This document shows positions 10,349-18,825 of a stretch of DNA of 64,000 nucleotides, piece by piece; positions within the stretch are counted from its first letter, which is position 1, and every line of letters starts with the position of its first letter. The DNA is from an uncultured Gammaproteobacteria bacterium. GTDB taxonomy: Bacteria > Patescibacteriota > Microgenomatia > UBA12405. The position numbers and the translations under genes are program-made. The DNA is taken from contig CAYUZS010000001.1 of the NCBI GenBank assembly GCA_964448705.1, forward strand, positions 45,601-109,600. Reading direction: 5' to 3'. Under the pieces are notes generated by a model. The model made no database searches, was not told the origin of the DNA, and saw only the letters and a program-made list of their open reading frames with translations.

Positions 10349-10535
10349 TTTCGTTTAACAAAGTCGAGATGAAGGAAATCTCGTAACTAATTTTTTTAAA
10401 GACGGAAGTGTCTTTTTGATTGCCAGTAAGGTATTTGGCTTTAGATTCAACCAATTTCTTTTTTAGATCAATCAAAAGTTTTTGGAGCTCCTCTCGGGAC
10501 TTTTGTCTGTAGGAGATTTTATCAGTTTTTTTCAT
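10338..10535 (-). CDS. rpmC: 50S ribosomal protein L29
   Basis: Position between rplP and rpsQ; 65-aa helical protein, divergent sequence. Confidence 0.88.
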   Translation of the reverse strand: MKKTDKISYRQKSREELQKLLIDLKKKLVESKAKYLTGNQKDTSVFKKISYEISFISTLLNENDQ

Positions 10536-10550
10536 AAATTCCAGCTTTAA

Positions 10551-10955
10551 TTAAGCTCTTTTTACAATTTTAGTAACTACCGGTAGTTTAGCAGAGGCTA
10601 AAGTTAAAGCCCGATGAGCTTCGACTTCAGGAACACCGGCAACTTCGAACATAATTCTTCCGGGACGAACTACGCAAACATAGCCCTTAACATCACCTTT
10701 TCCGGCACCTAAAGGAGCGCCGGCACCTTTTTCAGTAAAAGGTTTGTCGGGGAAAACACGAAGCCAGGTGCGACCATTTCTTTTAGTAGCATGAGCGATT
10801 GCCCGACGGGCGGCTTCGATTTGATTGGCGGTTAACCAACCACATTCCATAGCTTTTAATCCATAATCTCCAAATTCAACCATATAACCTTGGGAAAGAC
10901 CATGCATTCGACCACGAAATTGTTTTCTGTATTTTGTACGGCTGGGTTGCAACAT
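10551..10955 (-). CDS. rplP: 50S ribosomal protein L16
   Basis: MLQP.RTKYRKQFRGR, QIEAARRA, RVFPDKP, GKG. Confidence 0.97.
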   Translation of the reverse strand: MLQPSRTKYRKQFRGRMHGLSQGYMVEFGDYGLKAMECGWLTANQIEAARRAIAHATKRNGRTWLRVFPDKPFTEKGAGAPLGAGKGDVKGYVCVVRPGRIMFEVAGVPEVEAHRALTLASAKLPVVTKIVKRA

Positions 10956-10959
10956 AATT

Positions 10960-11601
10960 TTAAGCTAAACAAAGGTAAACTTTAACACCGATATAACCTG
11001 ATCTGGTAAGAGAAGGACATTCGGCATAATCGATTTTTGATTTTATAGTGGAAAGAGGAACTTTACCCTGAGAAAATTTTTCCCGACGGCTGATTTCAGC
11101 ACCGTTGATACGTCCGGAAAGAATAATCTTGATGCCTTTGGCACCGGCAGCCATTGATTTTTCCATAGAGGAAAGAACTACCCGACGATAGGGCATTCTT
11201 TTAGTAAGTTGGAAAGCAATTTTTTCAGCAATTAATTTAGCAGAAAGATCAAAATGTTTAAATTCTTCAACCTGAATATCGATATTTTGTTTACCGCTTT
11301 CTTTGGAAATCAGTTTTAAAACATCTTTTTTAATGGCTTCTAATTCTTTACCACCGCGACCGATTACTAAACCAGGACGGGAAACGACTAACGTTAATTT
11401 AATCTTTTTGACAGATCTCTCGATGTGAACAGAAACGATTCCGGCAGCGTTTAATTTTTTTTGCAAAAAATCACGAATTTTCTTGTCTTCCATCAGGAAG
11501 ATGGCATACTTTTTCTTTTCAGCATACCAGGAAGAAAGCCATTCCGGGCTGTTCTTGACGGTTTCGAGTCTGAATGAGATTGGATTAACTTTTTGACCCA
11601 T
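10960..11601 (-). CDS. rpsC: 30S ribosomal protein S3
   Basis: MGQKVNPISFRL, RPGLVIGRGG, GAKGIKI..SGR.NGAEI. Confidence 0.97.
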   Translation of the reverse strand: MGQKVNPISFRLETVKNSPEWLSSWYAEKKKYAIFLMEDKKIRDFLQKKLNAAGIVSVHIERSVKKIKLTLVVSRPGLVIGRGGKELEAIKKDVLKLISKESGKQNIDIQVEEFKHFDLSAKLIAEKIAFQLTKRMPYRRVVLSSMEKSMAAGAKGIKIILSGRINGAEISRREKFSQGKVPLSTIKSKIDYAECPSLTRSGYIGVKVYLCLA

Positions 11602-11638
11602 AATAATATGATTTTAATTTCAAATTTAAAATTTTAAA

Positions 11639-12142
11639 TTAACTTTGTATTGTACCAGATAAAACAATAACCAGACGACTATGACGTTTCTGAATAATTC
11701 CCCTGGCAAACCGGGAACCATGAGATTTGTCCATTCTTTTGATTTTCATGCCTTCATCAACCCGGAATTCACCGAATTTTAGTGATTGAGGCAATAATTT
11801 GTAGTTATGAACAGCTGAAGCAATAGCGTCTTCGACACATTTGGCAAGAATTCTGGCGGCATTGGAGTTGGTGAATTTTAGACGAACCACAACTTCGGAA
11901 GGATTCATTTTTTTAATTTCGCTAACAACCAAACGTAGTTTGCGGGGAGATACTTTCAAATTTTTATTGATATATCGGGCCGAACCAAGACTGGTTGCCG
12001 GCATTTCTGTCTTTTTTTCGACAGCAGTTTTAACTTTTGTTGTTTTAACTTTAGTTGTTTTAGCATCCAGTTTAACCACCGGGGCTTTTTTAGCCAGAGT
12101 GACCTTAGCGGGAGTAGTTTTTTTAGTTTCAATTTTGGCCAT
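11639..12142 (-). CDS. rplV: 50S ribosomal protein L22 with N-terminal K/T/A-rich extension
   Basis: VSPRKLRLV, VDEG..IKR, IQKRHSRL; position between rpsS and rpsC. Confidence 0.94.
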   Translation of the reverse strand: MAKIETKKTTPAKVTLAKKAPVVKLDAKTTKVKTTKVKTAVEKKTEMPATSLGSARYINKNLKVSPRKLRLVVSEIKKMNPSEVVVRLKFTNSNAARILAKCVEDAIASAVHNYKLLPQSLKFGEFRVDEGMKIKRMDKSHGSRFARGIIQKRHSRLVIVLSGTIQS

Positions 12143-12147
12143 ATTAA

Positions 12148-12423
12148 TTAGGTTTTCTCTATAACTCTCTTAACAACACGTCCATGACCTTTGAAAGTCC
12201 TGGTGGCGGCAAATTCACCAAAATAGTGACCGACCATATCTTCGGTGACATAAACATTGATAAATTTGTGACCATTGTGAACGGAAAAATTACGACCGAC
12301 AAATTCCGGAGCGATTTGGCTTTTTCGGGCATATGTCTTGATAGCATCGGTGCCGGTGGTTTTAGAAACCTTCTTTTGGAGATTGGCGTCGATGTATGGA
12401 CCTTTTTTTGAACTTCTTGACAT
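12148..12423 (-). CDS. rpsS: 30S ribosomal protein S19
   Basis: [30 protein letters not shown]. Confidence 0.97.
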   Translation of the reverse strand: MSRSSKKGPYIDANLQKKVSKTTGTDAIKTYARKSQIAPEFVGRNFSVHNGHKFINVYVTEDMVGHYFGEFAATRTFKGHGRVVKRVIEKT

Positions 12424-12443
12424 AAGTTTCTAGTTAGAAAAAA

Positions 12444-13190
12444 TTATTTTTTTCTCCGTTGAACTATTAAACGATTGGAAGCTTTTTTACGGGAACGGGT
12501 GCGTTTACCCATAGCCGGTTTACCCCAAGGTGTCTTAGGATTCATACCAATTGATGATTTACCTTCTCCACCTCCGTGCGGATGAGAGTAAGGATTCTGA
12601 GCCACTCCGCGAACACCCGGTCTGAATCCCCGATGACGGGAATCTCCGGCTTTAACTAATTTTTCGTTGGAATGTTCAATATTACTGACCTGGCCGATAG
12701 TGGCAAAGGCAGTTCCCGGGAAAATTCTTAATTCTCCGGAGGGAAGTTTGATGGTAACTTTATTGTTATCTATGCTTTGAATATAGGCGGATGATCCGGC
12801 ACTTTTTACCATCTGAGCACCTTTTCCGGGTTGAAATTCCAAAGCGTGAATCGGGACACCGACAGGAATATTTTTAAGAGGCAAACGATTGCCATCTTTA
12901 ATCGGAGCGGATTCGGAGGTAATAATAATATCGTTTACTTTTAAGTTGGAAGTAGCCAAAATATAGGTTTTAGTACCATCCTCGTAGACAACAAGGGCTA
13001 ATTGAGCAGTGCGACCGGGGTCGTACTCAATAGAGGTAACTTTAGCTTTGATATCGAGTTTATTTCTTTTCCAGTCTACCAAACGAAGAAAACGCTTTTG
13101 TTCTCCACCGCGATGACGGACAGAAATATGCCCCTGGGAATCACGACCGGAGCGTTTCTTTTTGATAGTTAATAAATGTCTGTTTTTCAT
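12444..13190 (-). CDS. rplB: 50S ribosomal protein L2 (N-terminally shortened)
   Basis: RHRGG, IEYDPGRTA, LPSGE.R, HPHGGGEG, TPWG. Confidence 0.97.
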   Translation of the reverse strand: MKNRHLLTIKKKRSGRDSQGHISVRHRGGEQKRFLRLVDWKRNKLDIKAKVTSIEYDPGRTAQLALVVYEDGTKTYILATSNLKVNDIIITSESAPIKDGNRLPLKNIPVGVPIHALEFQPGKGAQMVKSAGSSAYIQSIDNNKVTIKLPSGELRIFPGTAFATIGQVSNIEHSNEKLVKAGDSRHRGFRPGVRGVAQNPYSHPHGGGEGKSSIGMNPKTPWGKPAMGKRTRSRKKASNRLIVQRRKK

Positions 13191-13492
13191 TTTTGTTTTA
13201 GATGTAATATATCAAGTTTTTGATCCTTATCAAGAACAACAATGGCTTTTTTACGGTCAGATTTTTGAATCGGCATTCTTTTTTTCCAGTCGGTCTTAAT
13301 TTTTCCCCACTGTTTTGTAGTACGGACAGCTTTTGGTTTGACGGAAAAAACAGATTCAACTGCCTGAGCGATTTGATTTTTATTGGCTGAAAGTTTTACC
13401 CAAAAAGTATAGATACCTTTTGATTGAGCGAGAATTGATTTCTCGGTGACAATCGGGCCGATAATAATTTTTTCAGGATGAATATTGGTCAT
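13187..13492 (-). CDS. rplW: 50S ribosomal protein L23
   Basis: PIVTEKS, YTFWV...ANKNQI, KKAIVVL. Confidence 0.95.
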   Translation of the reverse strand: MTNIHPEKIIIGPIVTEKSILAQSKGIYTFWVKLSANKNQIAQAVESVFSVKPKAVRTTKQWGKIKTDWKKRMPIQKSDRKKAIVVLDKDQKLDILHLKQK

Positions 13493-13493
13493 A

Positions 13494-14129
13494 TTATTTT
13501 AATGATTCAATTGCTTTTTGAGAAAATATCAAAAAGTTTTGATTAGATAAATCAATGGTATTTAGAGATTTAGTAGACAGTAAGGTGAATCCGGCGATAT
13601 TACGAAAGCCCCGAATAACATTGTCACTGGCAACGTCGGTAATGATACCAATTTTTTTGCTTTTAGCCAGAGTCTGATTGTCTTTTTCGAGCAAATCAAT
13701 AAAATTCCAAGCCTGTTTGGTTTTAGGTTCTAAATCTTTGAAATCTTCGATTACTAAAAGAGACTTTTCTTCTGCAAAGTGAGAAAGCAGGGAATTTAAG
13801 GCTAATCTTTTGGTCTTTTTATTTAGTTCAAGAGAGAAATTTTGATTCCCCTGAGGACCATGGACACTACCTCCGCCGACAAAGATACCGACTTTAGCGG
13901 TACTATGTCTGGCACGACCGGTACCTTTTTGAGCCCACATTTTTTTGGTGGTGCCGGCAACCTCGCCGCGATCTTTGACTTTAGCAGCGGCGGATCGACG
14001 ATTGGCCAAATAAACACGAATTGACTGAGCAATTAATTTAGGAGAATATTTGACTTCAAAAACACTCTTAGAGAGTGTGATCTCTTTAATTTTTTCACCT
14101 TTCAAATTGTAAAGTGGTGCTTTAATCAT
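13494..14129 (-). CDS. rplD: 50S ribosomal protein L4
   Basis: RGEVAG..KKMWAQKGTGRARH, GGG.VHGP. Confidence 0.96.
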   Translation of the reverse strand: MIKAPLYNLKGEKIKEITLSKSVFEVKYSPKLIAQSIRVYLANRRSAAAKVKDRGEVAGTTKKMWAQKGTGRARHSTAKVGIFVGGGSVHGPQGNQNFSLELNKKTKRLALNSLLSHFAEEKSLLVIEDFKDLEPKTKQAWNFIDLLEKDNQTLAKSKKIGIITDVASDNVIRGFRNIAGFTLLSTKSLNTIDLSNQNFLIFSQKAIESLK

Positions 14130-14134
14130 AATTT

Positions 14135-14755
14135 TTAAGATTTCTTAATAGTTATCCAGGAATTTAAGTGTCCAGGAACTGAACCGGTAACAAAAATTTC
14201 GTTGTTTTCCGGATTAACGGAGTAAACTTTGAGTCCGGAAACATTGGCGGTAGCATTACCGTAGTGTCCAGGCATCTTTTTACCTTTAATGACTTTACCG
14301 GGTGTTTGAGCACCGATAGCTCCGGGAGCACGAACACGATCGGATTGACCGCCGGATACAGGCTGTCTTTGAAAACCGTATCTTTTAATAACTCCGGCAA
14401 AACCGCGACCCTTAGAAGTACCAACGACATCAATTTGATCACCGGCAGTAAAAACATCTTCAATTTTGATAGCAGTACCAATTTCGGGAAGAGTTTCAGT
14501 GGTAGGAGCAAATTCAGCAAAATATTGTGGTTTAATGTCCAATTTCAATTTAGAAATCTTTTTGGAAGTAGACTGATCTAAATTTTTCTTGGTACCATAG
14601 GCAATTTGTATGGCTTGATAGCCATCTTTGTCGATGGTTTTAATCTGAGTAACAATCAGGGGTTTAACCACACATTTGGTAACAGAAATTCTTTTACCTT
14701 CTGGGGTGTAGAGACTGGTCATTTGACCTTTTTTAGCGATAAATCCGGAAATCAT
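14135..14755 (-). CDS. rplC: 50S ribosomal protein L3
   Basis: DGYQAIQI, GTSKGRGFAGVIKR, KGKKMPGHYG, GSVPG. Confidence 0.97.
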   Translation of the reverse strand: MISGFIAKKGQMTSLYTPEGKRISVTKCVVKPLIVTQIKTIDKDGYQAIQIAYGTKKNLDQSTSKKISKLKLDIKPQYFAEFAPTTETLPEIGTAIKIEDVFTAGDQIDVVGTSKGRGFAGVIKRYGFQRQPVSGGQSDRVRAPGAIGAQTPGKVIKGKKMPGHYGNATANVSGLKVYSVNPENNEIFVTGSVPGHLNSWITIKKS

Positions 14756-14757
14756 AA

Positions 14758-15069
14758 TTACATCTTAACTTCTATTTCGACACCAGAGGGAAGATCCAAA
14801 TGTTGGAGGCTATCTACGGTACGAAGACTAGTATCAGAAATATCGATTAAACGCTTGTGGGTGAGAACTTGGTAGTGGTCACGAGCGTTCTTGTCGGTAT
14901 GAGGACTAGTTAAAACAGTAATAATTTTGCGATCAGTAGGCAAAGGGATAGGTCCTTGAACAGTGGCACCGGCAGTAACAGCAGCGTCAACAATTTTGTT
15001 GGCGGCTTGGTCGATGATTCGATGATCAAACGACTTAAGTCTGATTCTAATTCGATTACCCTTAGCCAT
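14758..15069 (-). CDS. rpsJ: 30S ribosomal protein S10
   Basis: IRIRLKSFDH, GPIPLPT, SPH, THKRLIDI, LPSGV. Confidence 0.97.
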   Translation of the reverse strand: MAKGNRIRIRLKSFDHRIIDQAANKIVDAAVTAGATVQGPIPLPTDRKIITVLTSPHTDKNARDHYQVLTHKRLIDISDTSLRTVDSLQHLDLPSGVEIEVKM

Positions 15070-15120
15070 ATTTTTAATTTTTAATTTAAATTTTAATTTT
15101 TAAAATTATTCTTAACAGAA

Positions 15121-15142
15121 CCCTCCGATATGCATCGGAGGG
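15121..15142 (-). terminator. Perfect 9-bp hairpin between tuf and rpsJ
   Basis: CCCTCCGAT-GCAT-ATCGGAGGG followed by TTCTGTT on the minus strand; weak terminator or mRNA-stabilising stem. Confidence 0.55.
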
Positions 15143-15157
15143 CTACATAAAAACAAT

Positions 15158-16330
15158 TTATTTTATGATTTCTGTAATAGCTCCAGCACCGACGGTTAAA
15201 CCGCCTTCACGAATAGCGAAACGGAAACCTTTTTCCATGGCTACTGGTTTAATTAATTTGATGATAACATCGGCATTATCTCCTGGCATGACCATTTCCA
15301 TACCTTCAGGAAGAGTGACATCTCCGGTAACATCAGTAGTTCTGATGAAGACCTGAGGTCGGTATCCGGTAAAGATAGGAGTGTGGCGACCACCTTCTTC
15401 TTTTTTAAGAAGAAGTACCTGAGCTTTGAACTCGGTATGAGGAGTAATGGTTCCCGGTTTGGACAAAACTTGGCCCCTTTCAATATCGTCTTTTTCGATA
15501 CCGCGAAGAAGAATACCAACATTGTCGCCAGCTTGACCTTGATCAAGTTGTTTGTGGAACATTTCAACACCGGTAACAACAGCTTTTTTAGTATCTCTAA
15601 GTCCGACGATTTCGACTTCATCGTTAATCTTAACGATTCCCCTTTCAATTCTACCGGTAGCAACTGTGCCACGGCCTTTGATAGAGAAGACATCCTCGAT
15701 CGGCATTAAGAAAGGCTGATCAAGTTCACGCTTAGGTTCAGGAATATAAGAATCCAAAGCTTCCATCAATTTCTTGATAGATTCAACACCTTCGGCTTCG
15801 TCATTAAGAGCTTTAAGAGCGGAACCGCGGATGATAGGAACTTCATCACCGGGATAACCGTATTTGGTAAGAAGATCACGAACTTCCATTTCGACCAGGT
15901 CGAGGAATTCAGGATCGGTAACCAAATCACATTTGTTTAAGAAAACAACCAAAGCCGGAACGTTAACCTGTTTGGCCAAAAGAACGTGTTCTCTGGTTTG
16001 AGGCATCGGACCATCTGGAGCCGAAACAACCAAAATAGCACCATCCATCTGAGCAGCACCGGTGATCATGTTTTTAACATAATCTGCATGTCCCGGACAG
16101 TCGATGTGGGCATAATGACGTTTCTCAGTTTCGTATTCGATATGAGAAATAGCGATAGTGACGATTTTAGAAGCATCACGAACGGTACCGCCCTTAGCGA
16201 TATCGGCATATGATTTAGGATTTCCCTGAACTTTAGCAATAGCAGCAGTAAGTGTAGTTTTTCCATGATCAACGTGACCAATAGTACCGACGTTAACATG
16301 GGGTTTATTTCTTTGATAAGAATCAGCCAT
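15158..16330 (-). CDS. tuf: Elongation factor Tu (atypical switch I)
   Basis: [32 protein letters not shown]. Start moved to MADSYQRNK (16330), which has an AAGGAG SD. Confidence 0.98.
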   Translation of the reverse strand: MADSYQRNKPHVNVGTIGHVDHGKTTLTAAIAKVQGNPKSYADIAKGGTVRDASKIVTIAISHIEYETEKRHYAHIDCPGHADYVKNMITGAAQMDGAILVVSAPDGPMPQTREHVLLAKQVNVPALVVFLNKCDLVTDPEFLDLVEMEVRDLLTKYGYPGDEVPIIRGSALKALNDEAEGVESIKKLMEALDSYIPEPKRELDQPFLMPIEDVFSIKGRGTVATGRIERGIVKINDEVEIVGLRDTKKAVVTGVEMFHKQLDQGQAGDNVGILLRGIEKDDIERGQVLSKPGTITPHTEFKAQVLLLKKEEGGRHTPIFTGYRPQVFIRTTDVTGDVTLPEGMEMVMPGDNADVIIKLIKPVAMEKGFRFAIREGGLTVGAGAITEIIK

Positions 16331-16422
16331 TTTTTCTCCTTTTTTTATTTGTCTTTTAGACAGGTTCTCCCGCATTCGCGGGAAAAAAATTTAACAATTA
16401 ATTATAGCTAAAACGCTTTAAG

Positions 16423-16451
16423 ATTGTATCAGTAAGATATTGGCTTTGCAA
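16423..16451 (-). promoter_or_regulatory. Putative sigma70 promoter for tuf
   Basis: TTGCAA-17 nt-TACAAT with extended -10 TG; second TATAAT at 16401-16406; leader hairpin TTTTCCCGC-GAAT-GCGGGAGAA at 16365-16386. Confidence 0.6.
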
Positions 16452-16507
16452 GGCGGAAAATAAGCAAATTTTGCCATATCCCACTGAAGGGTGTCGATAA
16501 GTATTGG

Positions 16508-18616
16508 TTATTCCTTACCGGCAGTCTTAATAGTTAGTTTTTCTTGGATTTCACGAGGAACCGGATCGTAGTGTGACGGTTCAATGTAAAATGATCCACG
16601 ACCTTGAGTTAAACTACGAATGACAGTGGCATAACCCCTGACAGCATCCAACGGCACAAAGGCGAGGATGGTAGTAAAACCAAAAGCATCAGTTGTACCA
16701 TTGATTTGTCCACGACGTCCGGACAAATCTCCGATAACAGTACCCAAAAATTCTGAAGGTGTGGCCACCTCCATTTTCATGATAGGTTCCAAGACCAAAG
16801 GTCGGGCGGCCTCAACGGCATTCCTAATGGCATAAGCACCAGCTAATTTAAAGGCAGCTTCGGAAGAATCGACTTCATGATAGGAACCATCATAAACAGT
16901 AACTTTAAGGTCGGTACATGGATATCCGGCAATAATGCCTTTCAAAAGTGTTTCTTTGACTCCTTTTTCAATAGCGGGAACAAAGTTGGCAGGAATTACT
17001 CCTCCCTTAATACCATTCACAAATTCGACGCCTTCACCTCTGTTTTTAGGTTCAATTTTGATTTTACAATGTCCGTATTGACCATGACCTCCTGACTGGT
17101 GAATATATTTACCCTCACCTTCGGCATTTTGCGAAATAGTTTCCCGATAGGCAACCTGAGGAGCGCCGGTTTTAACACCGACATTAAATTCACGGCGAAG
17201 ACGATCCACAATAATATCGAGATATAGTTCACCCATACCGGCAATAATAGTCTGTCCGGTTTCCTGATTGTAGGTAACTTGAAAAGTTGGATCTTCAATG
17301 GCTAAACGGTTAAGGGCTGAACCCATTTTTTCCTGATCATCTGAGGTTTCAGGTTCAATCGAGAGTGAAATAACCGGATCAGCAAATTGAATCGGAGACA
17401 ATGAAATTTGAGAATTTCGATCACAAAGAGTATCGCCGGTTGTTGATTCTTTCAAACCGATACAGGCAATAATTTCTCCGGCAAAACCTTCTTCAATTCC
17501 TTCACGCTTGTCGGCATGCATTAAGAGCAAACGACCAATACGTTCAGTTTTTTGTTTGGTGGCATTGTAGACTTCTGAACCGGCTTTAATAGTACCGGAG
17601 TAAACGCGGATATAAGAGAGAGTGCCAACGTGAGCATCTGATTGAACTTTAAATAGCAAAGCTGAAAGAGGTTCATTTTTTAATGGTTTTCTGGTTATTT
17701 TTTCCTGAGTGTTGATATCAAAACCTTCAACCGGAGGCAAGTCTAAAGGTGAAGGCAGATAATCGACAATGGCATCCAAAATCGGATGAATACCTTTATT
17801 TCTCCAAGCAGCACCGCAAAAAACAGGGAAAAGACGACGATCAATGGTGGCCTGACGGAGAACAGCCTTTAATTCGGGAACAGATATTTCCTCATCATTA
17901 AGGAATTTTTCCATTAGTTTTTCATCTTCACCGGCGATTTTTTCGACCATTGAAGCTCTGGCTTTGGCGACAGCATCCTGATATTCCGGAGATACTTCTT
18001 TAATAGTGAACTCCATACCTTCTTCGTCTTTGTCATAAACAATCATTTTCTGGGCCATCAGATCGATGACTCCCATGAAATCATGTTCTTCACCAATAGG
18101 CAGAACCATAGGAATGATAGGAGCATGAAGTTTTTGAGTGATGGAATCGAGGGTGCTTTGAAAAGAAGCACCGATTTTATCCATTTTATTTACAAAGGCG
18201 ATTCGGGGAACACCATACTTATCAGCCTGACGCCAAACAGTTTCGGATTGAGCCTGAACACCGGCGTTGCCGTCAAAAATCATGATGGCACCATCAAGAA
18301 CGCGGAGTGATCTTTCGACTTCGGCAGTAAAATCAACGTGTCCCGGAGTGTCGATAATATTGACACGATAATCATGCCAAAAAGTAGTGACACATGCAGA
18401 CTGGATGGTAATACCCCGCTCACGTTCCTGAACCATAGTGTCAGTAGTAGTGGTGCCGGCATCGACAGAACCAATTTTATGGATGTTTCCGGTATAAAAA
18501 AGAAGACGTTCAGTGGTGGTGGTTTTTCCTCCGTCAATGTGAGCAATAATTCCTATATTTCGGACTTTTTCCATAGGAACATCACGGTTTTTGGTAAGTT
18601 TAATAGCGTCAGCCAT
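16508..18616 (-). CDS. fusA: Elongation factor G
   Basis: RNIGIIAHID.GKTT, ERGITI, DTPGHVDF, NKMD, GQYGH, SYHEVDSSE. Confidence 0.98.
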   Translation of the reverse strand: MADAIKLTKNRDVPMEKVRNIGIIAHIDGGKTTTTERLLFYTGNIHKIGSVDAGTTTTDTMVQERERGITIQSACVTTFWHDYRVNIIDTPGHVDFTAEVERSLRVLDGAIMIFDGNAGVQAQSETVWRQADKYGVPRIAFVNKMDKIGASFQSTLDSITQKLHAPIIPMVLPIGEEHDFMGVIDLMAQKMIVYDKDEEGMEFTIKEVSPEYQDAVAKARASMVEKIAGEDEKLMEKFLNDEEISVPELKAVLRQATIDRRLFPVFCGAAWRNKGIHPILDAIVDYLPSPLDLPPVEGFDINTQEKITRKPLKNEPLSALLFKVQSDAHVGTLSYIRVYSGTIKAGSEVYNATKQKTERIGRLLLMHADKREGIEEGFAGEIIACIGLKESTTGDTLCDRNSQISLSPIQFADPVISLSIEPETSDDQEKMGSALNRLAIEDPTFQVTYNQETGQTIIAGMGELYLDIIVDRLRREFNVGVKTGAPQVAYRETISQNAEGEGKYIHQSGGHGQYGHCKIKIEPKNRGEGVEFVNGIKGGVIPANFVPAIEKGVKETLLKGIIAGYPCTDLKVTVYDGSYHEVDSSEAAFKLAGAYAIRNAVEAARPLVLEPIMKMEVATPSEFLGTVIGDLSGRRGQINGTTDAFGFTTILAFVPLDAVRGYATVIRSLTQGRGSFYIEPSHYDPVPREIQEKLTIKTAGKE

Positions 18617-18620
18617 ATTG

Positions 18621-18700
18621 TTTAAATCTTCCCTGCATCCCTTCTTACAAAATCAGTTTTCCGATTTTGAACAGAGAAAAAAGCAATTTAGATGTTTAAA
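18621..18700 (-). promoter_or_regulatory. Long imperfect stem-loop in fusA 5' UTR
   Basis: Nested pairings UUUAA/UUAAA, AUCU/AGAU, UUGC/GCAG, UUUUUUCU/AGAAGGGA, CAAAAUCGG-AAAA-CUGAUUUUG. Confidence 0.5.
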
Positions 18701-18715
18701 TATAATTTATAAATT

Positions 18716-18760
18716 AAAAAACGGGCATAAATATCCCCGTTTTCGGATGGATTTATGATA
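18716..18760 (-). promoter_or_regulatory. fusA extended -10 box followed by terminator-like hairpin
   Basis: TGaTATCAT (-10 at 18755-18760), then AAAACGGG-GATATTTATG-CCCGTTTT-TT. Confidence 0.5.
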
Positions 18761-18825
18761 TCACAGCTAAATAAAATTAGGAAGAGAATTCAATAGACAA
18801 AACTTTGAACAGTTATAATAGTAAT

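Noticed and set aside
11602-15110. AT-only quasi-repeats before rpsC (11602-11638) and rpsJ (15070-15110), also 43485-43514
   Set aside because: Low-complexity spacers with no stable unit; cannot be distinguished from background by eye.
18621-18700. SRP (4.5S) RNA or other known ncRNA
   Set aside because: Lacks the SRP domain IV GGAA loop and CAGG/AGCA motif; better read as a fusA 5' UTR.
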